Positions 41,654 to 54,200 of a DNA stretch of 64,000 bases are shown piece by piece. This stretch comes from Takakia lepidozioides. Taxonomy: Eukaryota > Plantae > Bryophyta. A program made the translations under genes and the position numbers. The DNA is taken from positions 15,128,001-15,192,000 of the forward strand of contig CM060732.1 in the NCBI GenBank assembly GCA_030704615.1, in the 5' to 3' direction. The notes beneath the pieces are model-generated. The model did no database searches. It saw nothing but the letters and a program-made list of their open reading frames with translations, and was not told where the DNA came from. The first letter of the stretch is position 1. Each line of letters starts with the position of its first letter.

Positions 41654-41804
41654 GGATGGATACTGCCAAAACCCACATCCGCCTCTTTCTGCTTTCAAAG
41701 GGGTGTCAACCTTTCCACCAGCGGATCGAAGCTCAAAAATTTCTTTTCTTACATACATGGCCATCAAATCACGGATTATACACTTGCCTTAATTCATCAG
41801 ATCC

Positions 41805-42120
41805 ATGAACTTCTCGCTTCACAATTGGAATGCTAGGGGACTTGGCTCTAAACACTCTACTCCTAAATGAGTGAGAGTTAGAAACTGGGTTACTAATTTT
41901 CTTAATAGTTCATCTATAAACTTTTTTACAGGAGCATAAGTTAAGCCTGGCTAAAATAGCCTCTTTGGGTGCCACCATCTAGCCTCCTGCTAACGCTTTT
42001 TTGAACCCCACAATTGTTGATTCTAGAGGCGGAACGGATATCCTGGTCTTGCCTGCTCTAGCTCCTTCTATTCTGTTATCCGAATGCTGGTTTCCAGGTC
42101 GAGCTCAATGCTTGACTCTT
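41805..42120 (+). pseudogene. L1-type APE endonuclease fragment
   Basis: MNFSLHNWNARGLG, LQEHKL and RGGTDIL motifs in broken frames. Confidence 0.6.
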
Positions 42121-42486
42121 TTGCACGTACGAAAACGACGTTATAAAGGGACATGGAGTCTGGTGACGAGGTGGGTTAGGCTCAAGAACCGCCCACCGCA
42201 AATGCTTCGCTATCTACCAAAGGTTCAGCGGCCAATGAGAGATATTCCCCCTCTAACTAATTAGGCAAGTGCAGTCAGGATCGCACATGTGTATCGGGGG
42301 GCCATCATTTTTCCCATTATCCCGAGGGGAGAGCCACTCTATCCTAGCAAGAGAAAAGACTCTATCGATAGTACCATATTTTCCTCATATTTTCTAAGGC
42401 TATATATATATATTGGAAGGATTCTAAGGCTATTACCTATCACAAATAAAATTTTAAAGGGAAAATTAGGGAAAATTACTATTTAA

Positions 42487-44524
42487 GTATTTATTTTTAT
42501 TTTTATTTTTTCAATTAGGGGGAATGAATCCCTGATTAATTTATTCATATTGGAAACATTGGCAGGGACAATCCCTTACAATTATTTAGGATTATTTGGG
42601 GGAAAAAAATTAAAACCCCTAAAGCGCCATGAGGCACGCACACTGTAAGCAGTGTAATTGGAACCCAACATCCTCTCTATAGGGGAGGACTTCCTAATAG
42701 ACTCTGCCAGGGGCCACACCCCAAGAAGACCACTTAAAGTCCAAAACTTAAAGTCTAAGACTTATGCACCTTGCATAGGCAGGAGGGGACAGACCAAAAG
42801 GGAATGGTGACCAGGGAACTGAGAGCCAAGCAGGGCTTTGACCTTCCCAAATAGGGTGGATTAACTATCTGTAGTTGAGTCTAGAGGCCTTCTCGGATGG
42901 CTTGAGGTGTTTCCAGTTCACTTCTCTTTTAAACTCAGGGGACAGAGTGTAGGGGGGCTCGGTGGTCTCGCCATGTAGCTGGGGGGAGCTCTGTCCAGAT
43001 ACATCGTTCCTGCGTAGGGGAGTAGCAGATGAACCCCTGGCGACCCCAGGAGTTCTGGAAAGTTGCATGGATCGCGTCCGCATTCCTCCCGTTTCTGGCG
43101 ATATCTGCACATGTTTTCGCCCAAGCTTTACGGGCTTCAGTCTGCATATCATAGAAGATACTTGAAAGCAAAGACGAGATCGTTGTGGACTCGCTGTTGA
43201 ATGTCAACTTACAACGTGCTCTCCAAAGATGCCACATAGAGGTTGCTCTAAGGGTTTCAAATACCGGACATGTAATGGCTCTTGACTTAGAGACAGGATC
43301 GTAATTGAGGAGAATATCTGTGGGTGATAGCAATCTGGGTTTCCAGTGAAGGTAGAAAGCTTTAACCAAGGGCCAGATAGCAGCTGGTGTTGAACAACAA
43401 AGTAAACAGTGTTCCAAGGTCTCTAGTGTACCCAGGCTGCAGGAGGAACAGAGGAGGGCATTGTGGAATTGCAACCATTCTCCTACCTTCAAAACTCTAT
43501 TAACTATCTGCCACAAGAAAGCAGAGATCTTGGCAGGTCTCGACTTAATCCAGACTGACCCCCATATGACCGACCATTTTTCGTTTTGAAAGCCGTAATG
43601 GCTCCATCAAGATTCCCATTTCGTATTGAGAGCTGGAGATGGCAAGAGTGCCTTGTATCCTTTTTTTGTACTGTAGGTAAAGAAGGGTTCAGGAGAAGAT
43701 GATAGGGACCAATTCCATTCTGCGGGGTCAAGGTCTAGTTCAGCGAGAGGTCTACCTACAATCCAAGTGAAGTGGTTGTTGGCAAGCCATGACTGAGTAG
43801 AGGATGTAAGGGGGGGTTCAGGGTTCATTGCCTTATCTGGCGATGTCCACCAACAAATTCTAACTGGTGTAAGCGGGACTGGCTGAATATGAACTGGCTC
43901 AGGCGAAAGAAGAGAAAGAACAAGAGATATCGTATCTATGCTAAATTGAAATACTTGAAGACTGGAAGGAGAGATATCTGAGACAAACACGATGATTAAA
44001 CGCCCTTGCAGGATTACAAGCGCCCAGGTGTTAACAGCGGGGGCGGGGGGGCCCTGTGCCAAGCGAGCCAACCATGGAGCCGGGATGGTTTGCACTACAG
44101 TGTGGTATCCTTTTGATGCCCTGGCTTTCCCCACTTTAGCTGCCACAGAGTCCAGTGATGCAATGGAATTGCCTGCCCAGATGTCTTTTAACTGGGAAAG
44201 ACCGCAACTATCCCAGGCTGACCACCTCTTTGCTTGATTCCGTTGAGAAGGGTCAGGGCAATTTGTATTTAGGAAAAGGTGTTGTCTTATGGTTTCGTAA
44301 AAGGTGTTTGGTTGCGATTTCTTTAAGAACTTGAGTTCTCCCCAGGCAGTCCAGATGTTAGACCAGAGAGGTGATCCCGTTTTCTTGAGATGGAAGCCCT
44401 GGTATATCCAGCGAACAGAGGCCTGCCAGGGTGAGTTCTTAAGAGGTGAGGACATGGTGATGTGGTCATAGATTAGGAACTTCCACCAGCCTCCCTTTGG
44501 TCCCAAGAACCTAGGTATCCACAT
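42487..44524 (-). mobile_element. L1-type LINE, 5'-truncated (C-terminal zf-RVT region)
   Basis: GSPLWSNIWTAW, CSSCSLGTLETLEHCLLCC, WHLWRARC. T-rich tail on the + strand at ~42487-42511. Confidence 0.8.
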
Positions 44525-44528
44525 TTTG

Positions 44529-47500
44529 TGGGACGAGAATCACCGACTTCTTGCCTGGTGGGAGTACATCAAGCAGAACTATGCCAAGCAAATTGGCCAG
44601 CATTACATGGTGGAGTGTGTCATCCTCAAGGTGAAGGTGACAGACTCCTCCCTGCTCAAGAATGCTATCATGGCGGACTTGAACTTGTAAGATTCTCATC
44701 TCTCCCATGCACATCCGAAATGCGGTGCTGCATTCCTTTTTCCAATCAGTTTTGTTTCCGCCCTTCAGTGGACTGAATTGGAGAGTGTGCCTTGCAGGGT
44801 CACTGAAAATGTGTATGTGCATACCCATATGGCACATATGTTGTACAGGGTGAGGAAAACTGGTCTCACTGACCCGCACATGTTCGCCGAAATGCTGGAG
44901 CCCGAGCTCATTCAAAAAGCCATGGCTAAAACAGACTGGACATGGTATCGGCTCACTATGGATGGAATGGTAGAGGTGATATACGAAGTAAGTCGTCCTC
45001 CCATTTTCCTCTCCTGATCCTTCCCCAATTTCCAGTCATCTGTCCACATGGATCGTATGTAATGCTTCTGCATGTTGTTCTTTGCAGTCAAACATCAAGC
45101 TGGATTTGGCCCATGCCAAATGCTTCTTCATGGAAAGTGAGGGGCAGTCCAAAACATTGCAGGCATTGACGGACCACTTGAAGGAAGTCGGGGTGAAGTC
45201 CAGAACCAAATACAAGTCAAAGCTTGTGAAGCTAGTGGCCATTGCAAATCCGGCTCTCGGAAAGGACTTCATCCCCGAGATTGCAAAACGTTATTCTCGG
45301 GCCGTGCAGCCGACCATGCAGTTGGAGAAACTGCACATCACATCTCAACGGCATGTGTGGAGGCGAAAGAGAAGGTGAGGTTGCACTACACTGAATTTCT
45401 TTTCTAACAATAACGACTGTACTTCCTACTCCTGACATTGGATCGGAAATGGCAGACAAGGTGGTTGTCGATCTGGAATGCATCGGAGAGTATAAGGACC
45501 ATGTGGTCTTTTCCACTCGAAGTTTCCAACCCTGCAGTGGATCTCTGGCTCAACCGCATGATGACTTGGTGATTCCAGGTAATTTAAGGTATTTCCCCCC
45601 ATTTCCTTTGCTTGCATGAATTCCATGAACGACTATGTGACAATGCATGTTGTAAACGCAGGTAATGACGAATGCGAAGGAGCAAGTCATAATGCATACA
45701 AATTCGTTCGACTAATACGTTAAATGGGATGGAACACAGACATTGAAAGACTACGTGACGCGTTTCAGATGTGCGTACAAGGACAACCTCTACGCCAGGG
45801 AGCTGCAGACATCAAGAAGGAGCGTGGAGTATACACATCAGGAGGGGGTGGGAAAAGCAACAATGCGAATTGTGTACAGGTAAAGCCCAGCTCCCATTGT
45901 ATGCAAAACCTGGGATATGAGGTTTGGCTGGGAAATGCGGCACCGCATTCGCACTTTATGTTTTTGGTTGCACTCTGCGAATACATTCTTCAAAACTTGT
46001 ACTCACGCATGTTGATTGTGTTGCAGGTATATGAAGTACGTGCTACTTAAGACAGGGGCCCTGGTGCAAGAGCCCTCCTTTTTTATGGCTTGGACCGTGT
46101 CGGGCCCAAGTTGTGAGATGCAGAAACAATGGCATGCCTCGCATCTCGCTGGATGCCCGTGGTACCTGGACATGTCTGGCGGACTTGTTGACAAATCGAA
46201 GAAAGACCTGCACGCAAAAGCGGAGGAGAAGAGAAGGGAAAGACGTGTCCCTGGTGGGCCTGAGTCAGCAAAGGACGCTGCTGCTCTGGAAGAATCCAGA
46301 AAAGACAGTGGATGCAGCTGTGCAGGCTCAACAATGGTCTTGCGATATGATCATCTTGGATATTCCGGATGAAGAGGCTGTGGAAGGACTGCATGTTGTG
46401 CCGTCTTGGAACAGGTACTCCGAGGACTTTTGGAAAAAAGGATTCGGGCTCGTCCGCATGGTGTTGGACGACAGAGGCTGTGTTGTTGTCCTTGTGAGCA
46501 GAGGCAAGAACACGGAGGCAGGAATTGCGAAGTGGACCCGCAAGAGTGTCGTCCCAATTCTGAAGAAGAAGTGGACGTGCATCAACACATTGGGCTTCGC
46601 TCGGAAGGAAAAATAGTAATTACCACATTGGCAATCGTCCTTGCATTTTCTAAGCTGTTTTGATTTGCGGTGCCGCATTCAAATTCTAATCGTTCTTTTC
46701 TGTGCCTGCAGACGAAGCAGTTCGATGCATACTGCTTTGTGAAGGAGAACTTGACCTTTGCTTTCCGGAAGGATGGATTGTTGGTTGACCCGAACTGCGA
46801 CCCCATCGATTACGACGTCCTGTTCAACAACGTTCCCACGGAACTCCTCCCTCATAGCCTCACTTCAATGGATCCCCTGCGGTATTCATGGACTCGGAGC
46901 CCTACCTTCATCCAGACAATTCTGGAGGCCTGCACTAACCTGGAGGGCAGAGTGCTGGACCTCATATGTGGAATAGATATGCAGATTTTGGTACTATGTT
47001 GTTCTGCGAATTTTTATTATGTTCAAATTCTGCATTTCTCAAGGGCCATGTTTTAATGAGTGGATGCCATTCTCACAGGTGCCTCAATGTGGGCTGGGCG
47101 GTTTTCCAACTGGCACCTCTTTGCCTACGAGGAGGACATATCCGTCTGGGGATCCCATCTGGAAGGGCTTCAACGGAATGTGAAGGCTCCCATCGCAGCC
47201 ACTGACTCCTCGAAGGATTCCTCGGACTTGGAGGAAGAGACAGTCGACATTGATGCTGAGGAGAACCCAAAATACGAGTGAGTGGAAACATTGTAAGTTT
47301 GCAAAGCCTTATGGGTCATTCTTTCTTTGCTGTGAATGCCGGATTGTGGTTCTCATTGGTCTGGGGAAGTGATTATTATGTGCAGGATTCCAAGATCCGG
47401 GTCAAAACCAGTGGCGCCTAGATTTCTTGCCAGGGAGAATGTCCCGTTCTTTGCATGGACCGACTTCATGAAGAGCCCAGTGAAGGACTTCCTAGTTATG

Positions 47501-47845
47501 CAGCTAAGCTTGCAAAGACAGCGATTAGACGATGTGAGAATTCCAGTTTAGTAGAGCTGATTTTGGAGAGGGCTAGGGAGGAGAGAAGGAAGCGGACAAA
47601 GTTGGCTGCAGTGTAGATGGGTATGGAAGTATGTATGTGACTCCGTGGAAGAGAGCAATGCAGACAAGGAGGACGACGACCCAACGGAGGTGAGATGGTC
47701 AGTTCCGCAAGAGGAAGATGAGATTTTCAAAAGCCTGGCCAACGACCAGTCCGCTGGACATGAGAAAGGCAATGAGGGGGTGGTAGGGGAGCAGGACAGC
47801 CTAGGACAGGATGACGATAGTGATGATGATTTCCAAGATGGGTAG
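44529..47845 (+). pseudogene. Multi-exon ParB/Srx-like + N4/N6 DNA methyltransferase-like gene, copy 1 (5'-truncated)
   Basis: WDENHRLLAW at 44529. GT-AG exons homologous to 51230-55312. DMIILDIPD (46344-46370). Spliced RSPTFIQTILEACTNLEGRVLDLICGI|GASMWAGRFSNWHLFAYEED (donor at 46977 reads AT, acceptor 47078). Motif IV before motif I = beta order. Frameshifts present. Confidence 0.7.
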
Positions 47846-47974
47846 AATTTTAAATAACTCTTTGTACATTAAATTTTCTTCCAGAATATATAAAGGTATT
47901 TCTTTGCAGTTGAGGTCCCCTCTCCCATGTGCTTCTAAATGACACCATCTCTGAAACCACGTCCTTCCCAAAAC

Positions 47975-48545
47975 CAAAAATGCGGTGCCGCATTTCTATG
48001 TCGGAATGGAAAAACGAAAATGTGGCAACTGTAAATACATCGTTTTGAAAATGCGGCACCGCATTTCCATAACCTGGACAGGAACAATTTTCCATTTCTT
48101 GTTTTGGACATCAGAAATCGTTGGGCCAAACGGAAATGCAGTGCCGAAGTTTGCCCATTTCCAGCCCTTGGACGGAAATGCGGCGCCGCATTCGTACGTC
48201 GAACACGTTATTTCCATGTCGGACATGGAAATGCGGTGCCGCATTTCCATTTTGGAGATGGAAGTTTGTCCAATTCCAGACCCTTGGATGGAAATGCGGC
48301 ACCGCATTCCATTGTGCTGGACGGAAATGCGGTGCCGCATTTTCAGAACGGACATGGACATGCTTTGCCACAATTGAATGTCGAATATGGAAATGCGGTG
48401 CCGCATTTCCAATTCGAAGTATGGAAAGGCCATGTCAACAAAGGAAATGCGGCACCGCATTTCCGTTGCGACCAGAACGGGGAGTTGAACCTGTTGGACA
48501 TCAATGCATGGAAAGAAAGGAAATGCGGTGCCGCATTTCCGAGCT
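47975..48545. repeat. Cluster of ~10 palindromes GGAAATGCGG-(CA/TG)-CCGCATTTCC
   Basis: Copies at ~47978, 48048, 48132 (degenerate), 48174, 48227, 48290, 48323, 48389, 48443, 48519. Single copies in introns at ~44717, ~45931, ~46665. Confidence 0.92.
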
Positions 48546-48699
48546 TGGACATGTACATGTTTCCGTTTCTTCAAAGATGGATTTCTTCGACCTCAGGACT
48601 CTGATATCACTCTTCTGGCGATTGATGTGGAGAGACACATAATACAAATGAGACCACAAATTCTAAACAGTGGGCCAATAACAACAGTTCACTGAATAC

Positions 48700-51205
48700 A
48701 AGGAAACACAGTACACAAAAGACTTGGTTTGTGAGTGGACTAAGACCTGAATTACAAAAGAAAGTGGATATGTTACCTCATAATACAGTAGAGGAGGCAT
48801 TCGAAACAGCCAACAGAATTGAGCAATTGGGAATGCTCAAGAGAGATAAAATGGAAGGACAACTATGAGAAAAGACTGGAAGAAATCTTGAAAAAGTACG
48901 ACACAGAGGCTGCAAACACATTAGAGGAAGGGTGTTTGGTGTGCAAAATGCCAGAATGAAGGCCATACCACAGCTGAATGCCACATGAAGGAGAAACACT
49001 GTACTATCTGTAAAATGGATAACCATTCTACTGTGAATTGTTATTACAACCGGAGGACACTTGCAAGAGAACCTAGGCAAGTGGGTGCATCAAGTGCAAC
49101 CTCAACCAAGGAGAAACAATGATCAGGACCACTATGGTAGGCCTGGTGGATATAACAATGGTATGGCAGGAAGAGGTAATCCAAGAGGGAATTACCAAGG
49201 CAATCCCAGAGGCAACTATCAGAGTAATCCAAAGGAGATTTACCAGCCAGGGAATCAGGATTATAGAAATAATCCCAAAATAGACCAAGGGCGAGGACCC
49301 AATGGTAAGGAACTGTGTTACCATTGTAACCAGGCAGGACATCGCAAAGCAGCCTGTCCATTCTGGATCAGGCACCAGAATGAGATGAGAGCTCCTGTGA
49401 ATGAAGGCCCAGTAGTGGCAGCTCACATGGTTATGCCATGTTTTGTACCAGAAGTAAGTACAATGATAGTTACCAGAAGCAAAGCTAAAGTAATACCTCC
49501 AGAGGAAGAAGATGTTAATGAAGATGGCAGTGATGTGCCTGAAGATGATGAGGCTTGGAGAGATGAGAAGGAACTGCACAAGGAAGTGGTTGATACCATA
49601 AGGGAAATGCAAAAGGATACTGATATCCCTATGGCAGATTCTTCTGATTCTGAAAGAGAAGATGAAGAAGGTGAAGAGGAAGTGAAGCAAGAGGCTTCAC
49701 AGGTGCAGGATAATGAAGGGGCTTTGGCAGAAATAATATGCCAATCCAAAGCTGAGATTACAATTGGGCAGCTCTTGGCTGTGGCACCCCATTGTAGACA
49801 CAGGTTGTATCAAGCAATCAATCAGATTGTTCATGTGACGGAGAATATAGACCTGAACAGCAAGGTGACAAGTTATAATGTGAAGCCTGAAGGGCGAGAA
49901 ACACTCATGGACTTTGATGATTCCATGCCAGTAATCCAATTGAGAATTGGAAGTACAGACCTGACTGATGTACTGATAGATGGAGGCTCGGGAGTGAATA
50001 TCATGATAGACCAATTAAGGCAGAAGCTTGGACTGAGTAACATGAAACCAGCCCCATTCACAGTAACAATGGCAGATCAAAGGAGTGTATAGCCATTAGG
50101 CTTGATAAGAGGAGTAAAGATACAGATTCAGAAGATGATCTTTAATATCACAGTGACTGTGTTAAAAATGGATGATGTCATGGAAGCATACTCCTTATTG
50201 CTGGGTCGACCATGGCTGAAACAGGCCAGGATATTCCATGACTAGAATTCCCAGTTACTGACTGTGCATGATGGGAAGTACAAGATACAGGTCACCACTA
50301 AGAAATCTAGTAGACTACCTACTACCAGAAGACCTTGTGGAGTCTGAGAGTATGACTGGAGGGGAGGGCTTGATGAGGAGCAGGAAGCTACACTGTTTGT
50401 TGCACACCCAAAGTGGGAGTAGGTTGCAGAAATGCAACTGGGAGGCATGAGTTGCCTTAAAGGTATCTGCTGTGGTGCAGTAACAGCAACAACAATTGAG
50501 GGGGAAACAAGTAGTTACCCACCACATTTCTATGAGGAAAGAGAAGGAGAAATAGAAATCCTAAAGGAACGAGCCACTGTTAGTTTACAGGATGAAGTAG
50601 TGGCTGGATGGACAATCACAGACAAAGAGCAGGTGAGAGAAGTGAATGTGGGAACTGAGGAGGAACCAAGAATGGTGAAAGTTGGGGCTGACTTGGAGCC
50701 AGAATACTTTGAGGAAGCTAAGAGCCTGTTTATCAAATACAAAGATGTATTTGCTTGGAGCTATGAAGATCTGAAAGGGATACCACCTGAGATCTGCCAG
50801 CATAAGATTGAACTGGAACCAGGGTCAGTACCAATTAAACATGCAAGATACAGGATGCATCCCAACTATGCACAGAAGGTTGGGGAGGAGATCAAGAAGT
50901 TGGCTGAGGCTAAGTTCATATACTCGATAGAGTATACAACTTGGCTATCGCCCATTGTGATAGTTCCCAAGAAGAATGGCAAACTGAGAGTTTGTGTGAA
51001 CTATAAGAAGTTGAATGGTTGTACAAAGAAATATCCATTTTCTTTGCCATTCACAGAAGCTGTACTGGACACTGTGGCAGGCCATGAGATGTACTCATTC
51101 ATGGATGGTTTTAGTGGGTATAACCAAGTACAAGTAGCTGAAGAGGATCAGGGGTCAGCTTTTATCACAGACTGGGGTGTTTATGCATACAAAGTCACAA
51201 TATGA
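48700..51205 (+). mobile_element. Ty3/Gypsy internal fragment (gag end, CCHC, protease, RT start)
   Basis: KTWFVSGLRPE, CYHCNQAGHRKAAC, VLIDGGSGVNI, WLSPIVIVPKKNGKLRVCVNY, FMDGFSGYNQ. Degenerate, no LTR seen. Confidence 0.85.
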
Positions 51206-51229
51206 GGTGAATGCAATAGATTGATAACT

Positions 51230-54200
51230 TACACTTTGGCCCTCTGTTCGCAACCCCTGTGTATTGATGCATAACCATTTTCTGAGGAGGACCGGGGTGA
51301 CACTTTTCGGTGTCCATCTTGCCACCGCATTCTTTGTGGTCTTCCTTCTTGTGGCAAGGACAACCACACATCCACCGTCATCCAGGAGCATCCCCACCAG
51401 CCCAAACCCGGCTTTCCAGTAGTCCTCAGTAAACCTGTTCCAGTTGGGCACACCATCCAGGCCCTCTAGCAGCTCCCCATCTGGAATGTCGAGGAGAATC
51501 ATATCGCAAGCTCTCTCCACCTCAACCCCCCCCCCGAGTGCTCTTGCAATCCGTGCTCACAGCTGTGAAGAATTCCATCATGGCTTCAAAACCAGGGGTG
51601 TCTTTAGGCTCTGTACCGACAGCCCTTTTCTTGGCTTTCCCCTTCTGCTCCGCCAGAGACTTGCTGTGTGCCACCTTCTTCGCCCTGGCAGCGGGAGCGT
51701 CAAGGAAGCTCTCATTGACGCATTGGATGATGGTTGGAGGTTCTAGCTTTGGCCTGTGCGTAAACGTCACCGCCGAATACCGCCGTGTAGGCTCGCCCTC
51801 AAATGCCAACTTCTTGGCAGAGCCAGTCCCACTCCGAACTGACTTGGGAACCCGGACGACCGGTGACTTGGTAGCAGCAGCAGCAGTTGCAGGACCTTGA
51901 ACAAAGTCGTCGTCCGAGTCACTCCCTTGGGTCCCCTCCTGCGCCTCCTCCGATGCCCTAATGGTTTTCTGTTTTTTGGGTGTTACTGTACTCACCTGTT
52001 TCCTTGTCCTTTTCCTTTGGCCTTTATTCTTCTCATTCAATTTCTCCTGAATTCCTGCCTGAGCAAGCTCTGCCGCTTTCCTGGAGTTCGCAAGCGCTTT
52101 TGCCTCTTTTGGACCCAGCGGAGGCAGCGGAGCCCGGTTTCGTCGGGCCTCAGCATCCAGCTTCAATTGAAACTCGGATGGGTCGAGCGAGCCGAACGGA
52201 AGATCCACATACCAAGGGCAATCACGCAAATGTTCCAGATGCCACTCCTTCACAATAACGTCAGTGTACATGGAGTCAGCCCCAGGGTTCCTCCATGCCA
52301 GGAAGAATGGTGGCTCGAAAGACAGATGACCTTTCTCCAAAAGGGAGAACTTGCAATACCTGCATTCATGAAAAACACAGAATGAGGTCCCTGAACTGGA
52401 AATTCGGCACCATTTTCCCAATTTGGGGCGGAACTGACTGGGCCTAGAACTGGAAAAATGGCGCCGAATTTTGGTTTTCGGTGCTAGCCACGCTAGGGAC
52501 AGCCATTTTGGGAGCCCTGAACTGGAAATTTGGCGCCATTTTCCCAGGTCCGGGCCGAAAATGGCTAAGTCCCTGAACTGATTGGCCCTGGAATTGGAAA
52601 AATGGTGCCGAATTTCGGTTTTCGGTGCCAGCCACCCTAGGGACTTGGCCATTTTGGGAGCCCTGAACTGGAAATTCGGCGCCATTTTCCCAGGTCCGGG
52701 CCGAAAATGGCTAAGTCCCTGAACTGACTGGCCCTGGAATTGGAAAAATGGCGCCGAATTTTCGGTTTTCGGTGCCAGCCACCCTAGGGACTTAGCCATT
52801 TTGGGAGCCCTGAACTGGAAATTCGGCGCCATTTTCCCAGGTCCGGCCCGAAAATGGCTAAGTCCCAGAACTGACTGGGCCTTGAACTGGAAAAATGGCG
52901 CCGAATTTCGGTTTTCGGTGCCAGCCACTCTAGGGACTTAGCCATTTTGGATGCCCTGGACTGGAAATTCGGCGCCATTTTTCCAAGGACCAATTTTTAT
53001 GCGCCACATGAGGCCTCTAACATCCTGAAATGCAAGGACTTGAAAGGAAGGCATCGTGTATGTACCTGTACAGAAGGCGCTCTGCTTTGTCCGCGTTCGG
53101 CTGGTCGGTGAACTCGTGGCTCCGGCGGGCATGGGGTATCTCCCGAAAGAATAGGTCGGTTTTGTACAGCAGAAAGTACCTCGTCACATAGTTGCGTAGG
53201 CTCTCTGCTGCAGGAGAAATCTCCATCTTGAACTGATGTGCTTGTGTGTCCAGCTGCTCTTGCGCATTCGTCGTCACCTGTGGAGATTCTCCATCAGATC
53301 GCTTTCCTGAAAAAATACAATGAATCCACCCCCTACAAGAGTAGAAGTGCCAAACGAAGCGTGGGGAAGTACCTGAAACCACCATGTCATGCGGTTCATC
53401 CACATGTCGAATGTCGGGTCAGACAGTTTGTCCGGTTTGGGGAAGCTCCACATGTCCCTTGTAGTGCTTCCCCACCTCCACCAGAAAGTCGGCACCAAGG
53501 GCGGGATCGGCTATGGCCACGTACTTTACCATCCGCGACTTGTACTTTATGTGGGCCCTGGCCTCCGCAGCTTTGAGATACAATTCGAGTGCCGGGAGGG
53601 TTAGATTCTTCTCCTCTGACTCCATGTAGAACCTCCGCGCATGTGGATTTCAGATTAGCTCAACAAAACAGCCAAATCCCGCACAGATTAGCTCAACAAA
53701 ACAGTCAGGAGCTTTACCCGAAATATGTAGTCCACCATGGCGTCCATGCTCAGCCTATACCAGGTTCTGTCTGCCTTTGCCTCCGACTTGCGCAGGAGGT
53801 CGTCACTGAGCGAATTGGCAAACTCTTGCACCCCCTGCTTCCCGACATCCTTCACTCGGAAGAGCATATGGGACAAGTTGGTGGCAATGAAGGCATTCTC
53901 AGTCACCCTGCAATGCCACATTTCCATCAAACAATACTGAAATGGGAATTTTCAACAAATATGAGGATTCGCAATGAAATGACTTACAAATTTTGGGTCC
54001 AAAAGCAAGAGGCGTTGTAACTTACGAGTTGATGTTCGCCATTGCAGCTTTGAGAAGACTGCGATCTTTGGGCCCCGCAACCTTCAGCACAACACACTCC
54101 ACGGCGAGAATGCCAATCGAGGTCGTTGGGGTGGGCTTCGGCTATGTGCTCCATCCATGCCAAGAGGCGATGATTGCCGTCCCACACGTAAAACATCTTT

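Noticed and set aside
48700-51205. CpG-poor Gypsy fragments next to CpG-rich MULE sequence as evidence of protection from 5mC
   Set aside because: Not quantified, and the chromovirus at 22520-28953 is also CpG-rich, so age or base composition could explain it.
51522-52928. 468-aa ORF as a single protein
   Set aside because: Its first ~190 codons read through the intronic repeat array; only the part from ~52358 aligns with the paralog's exon.
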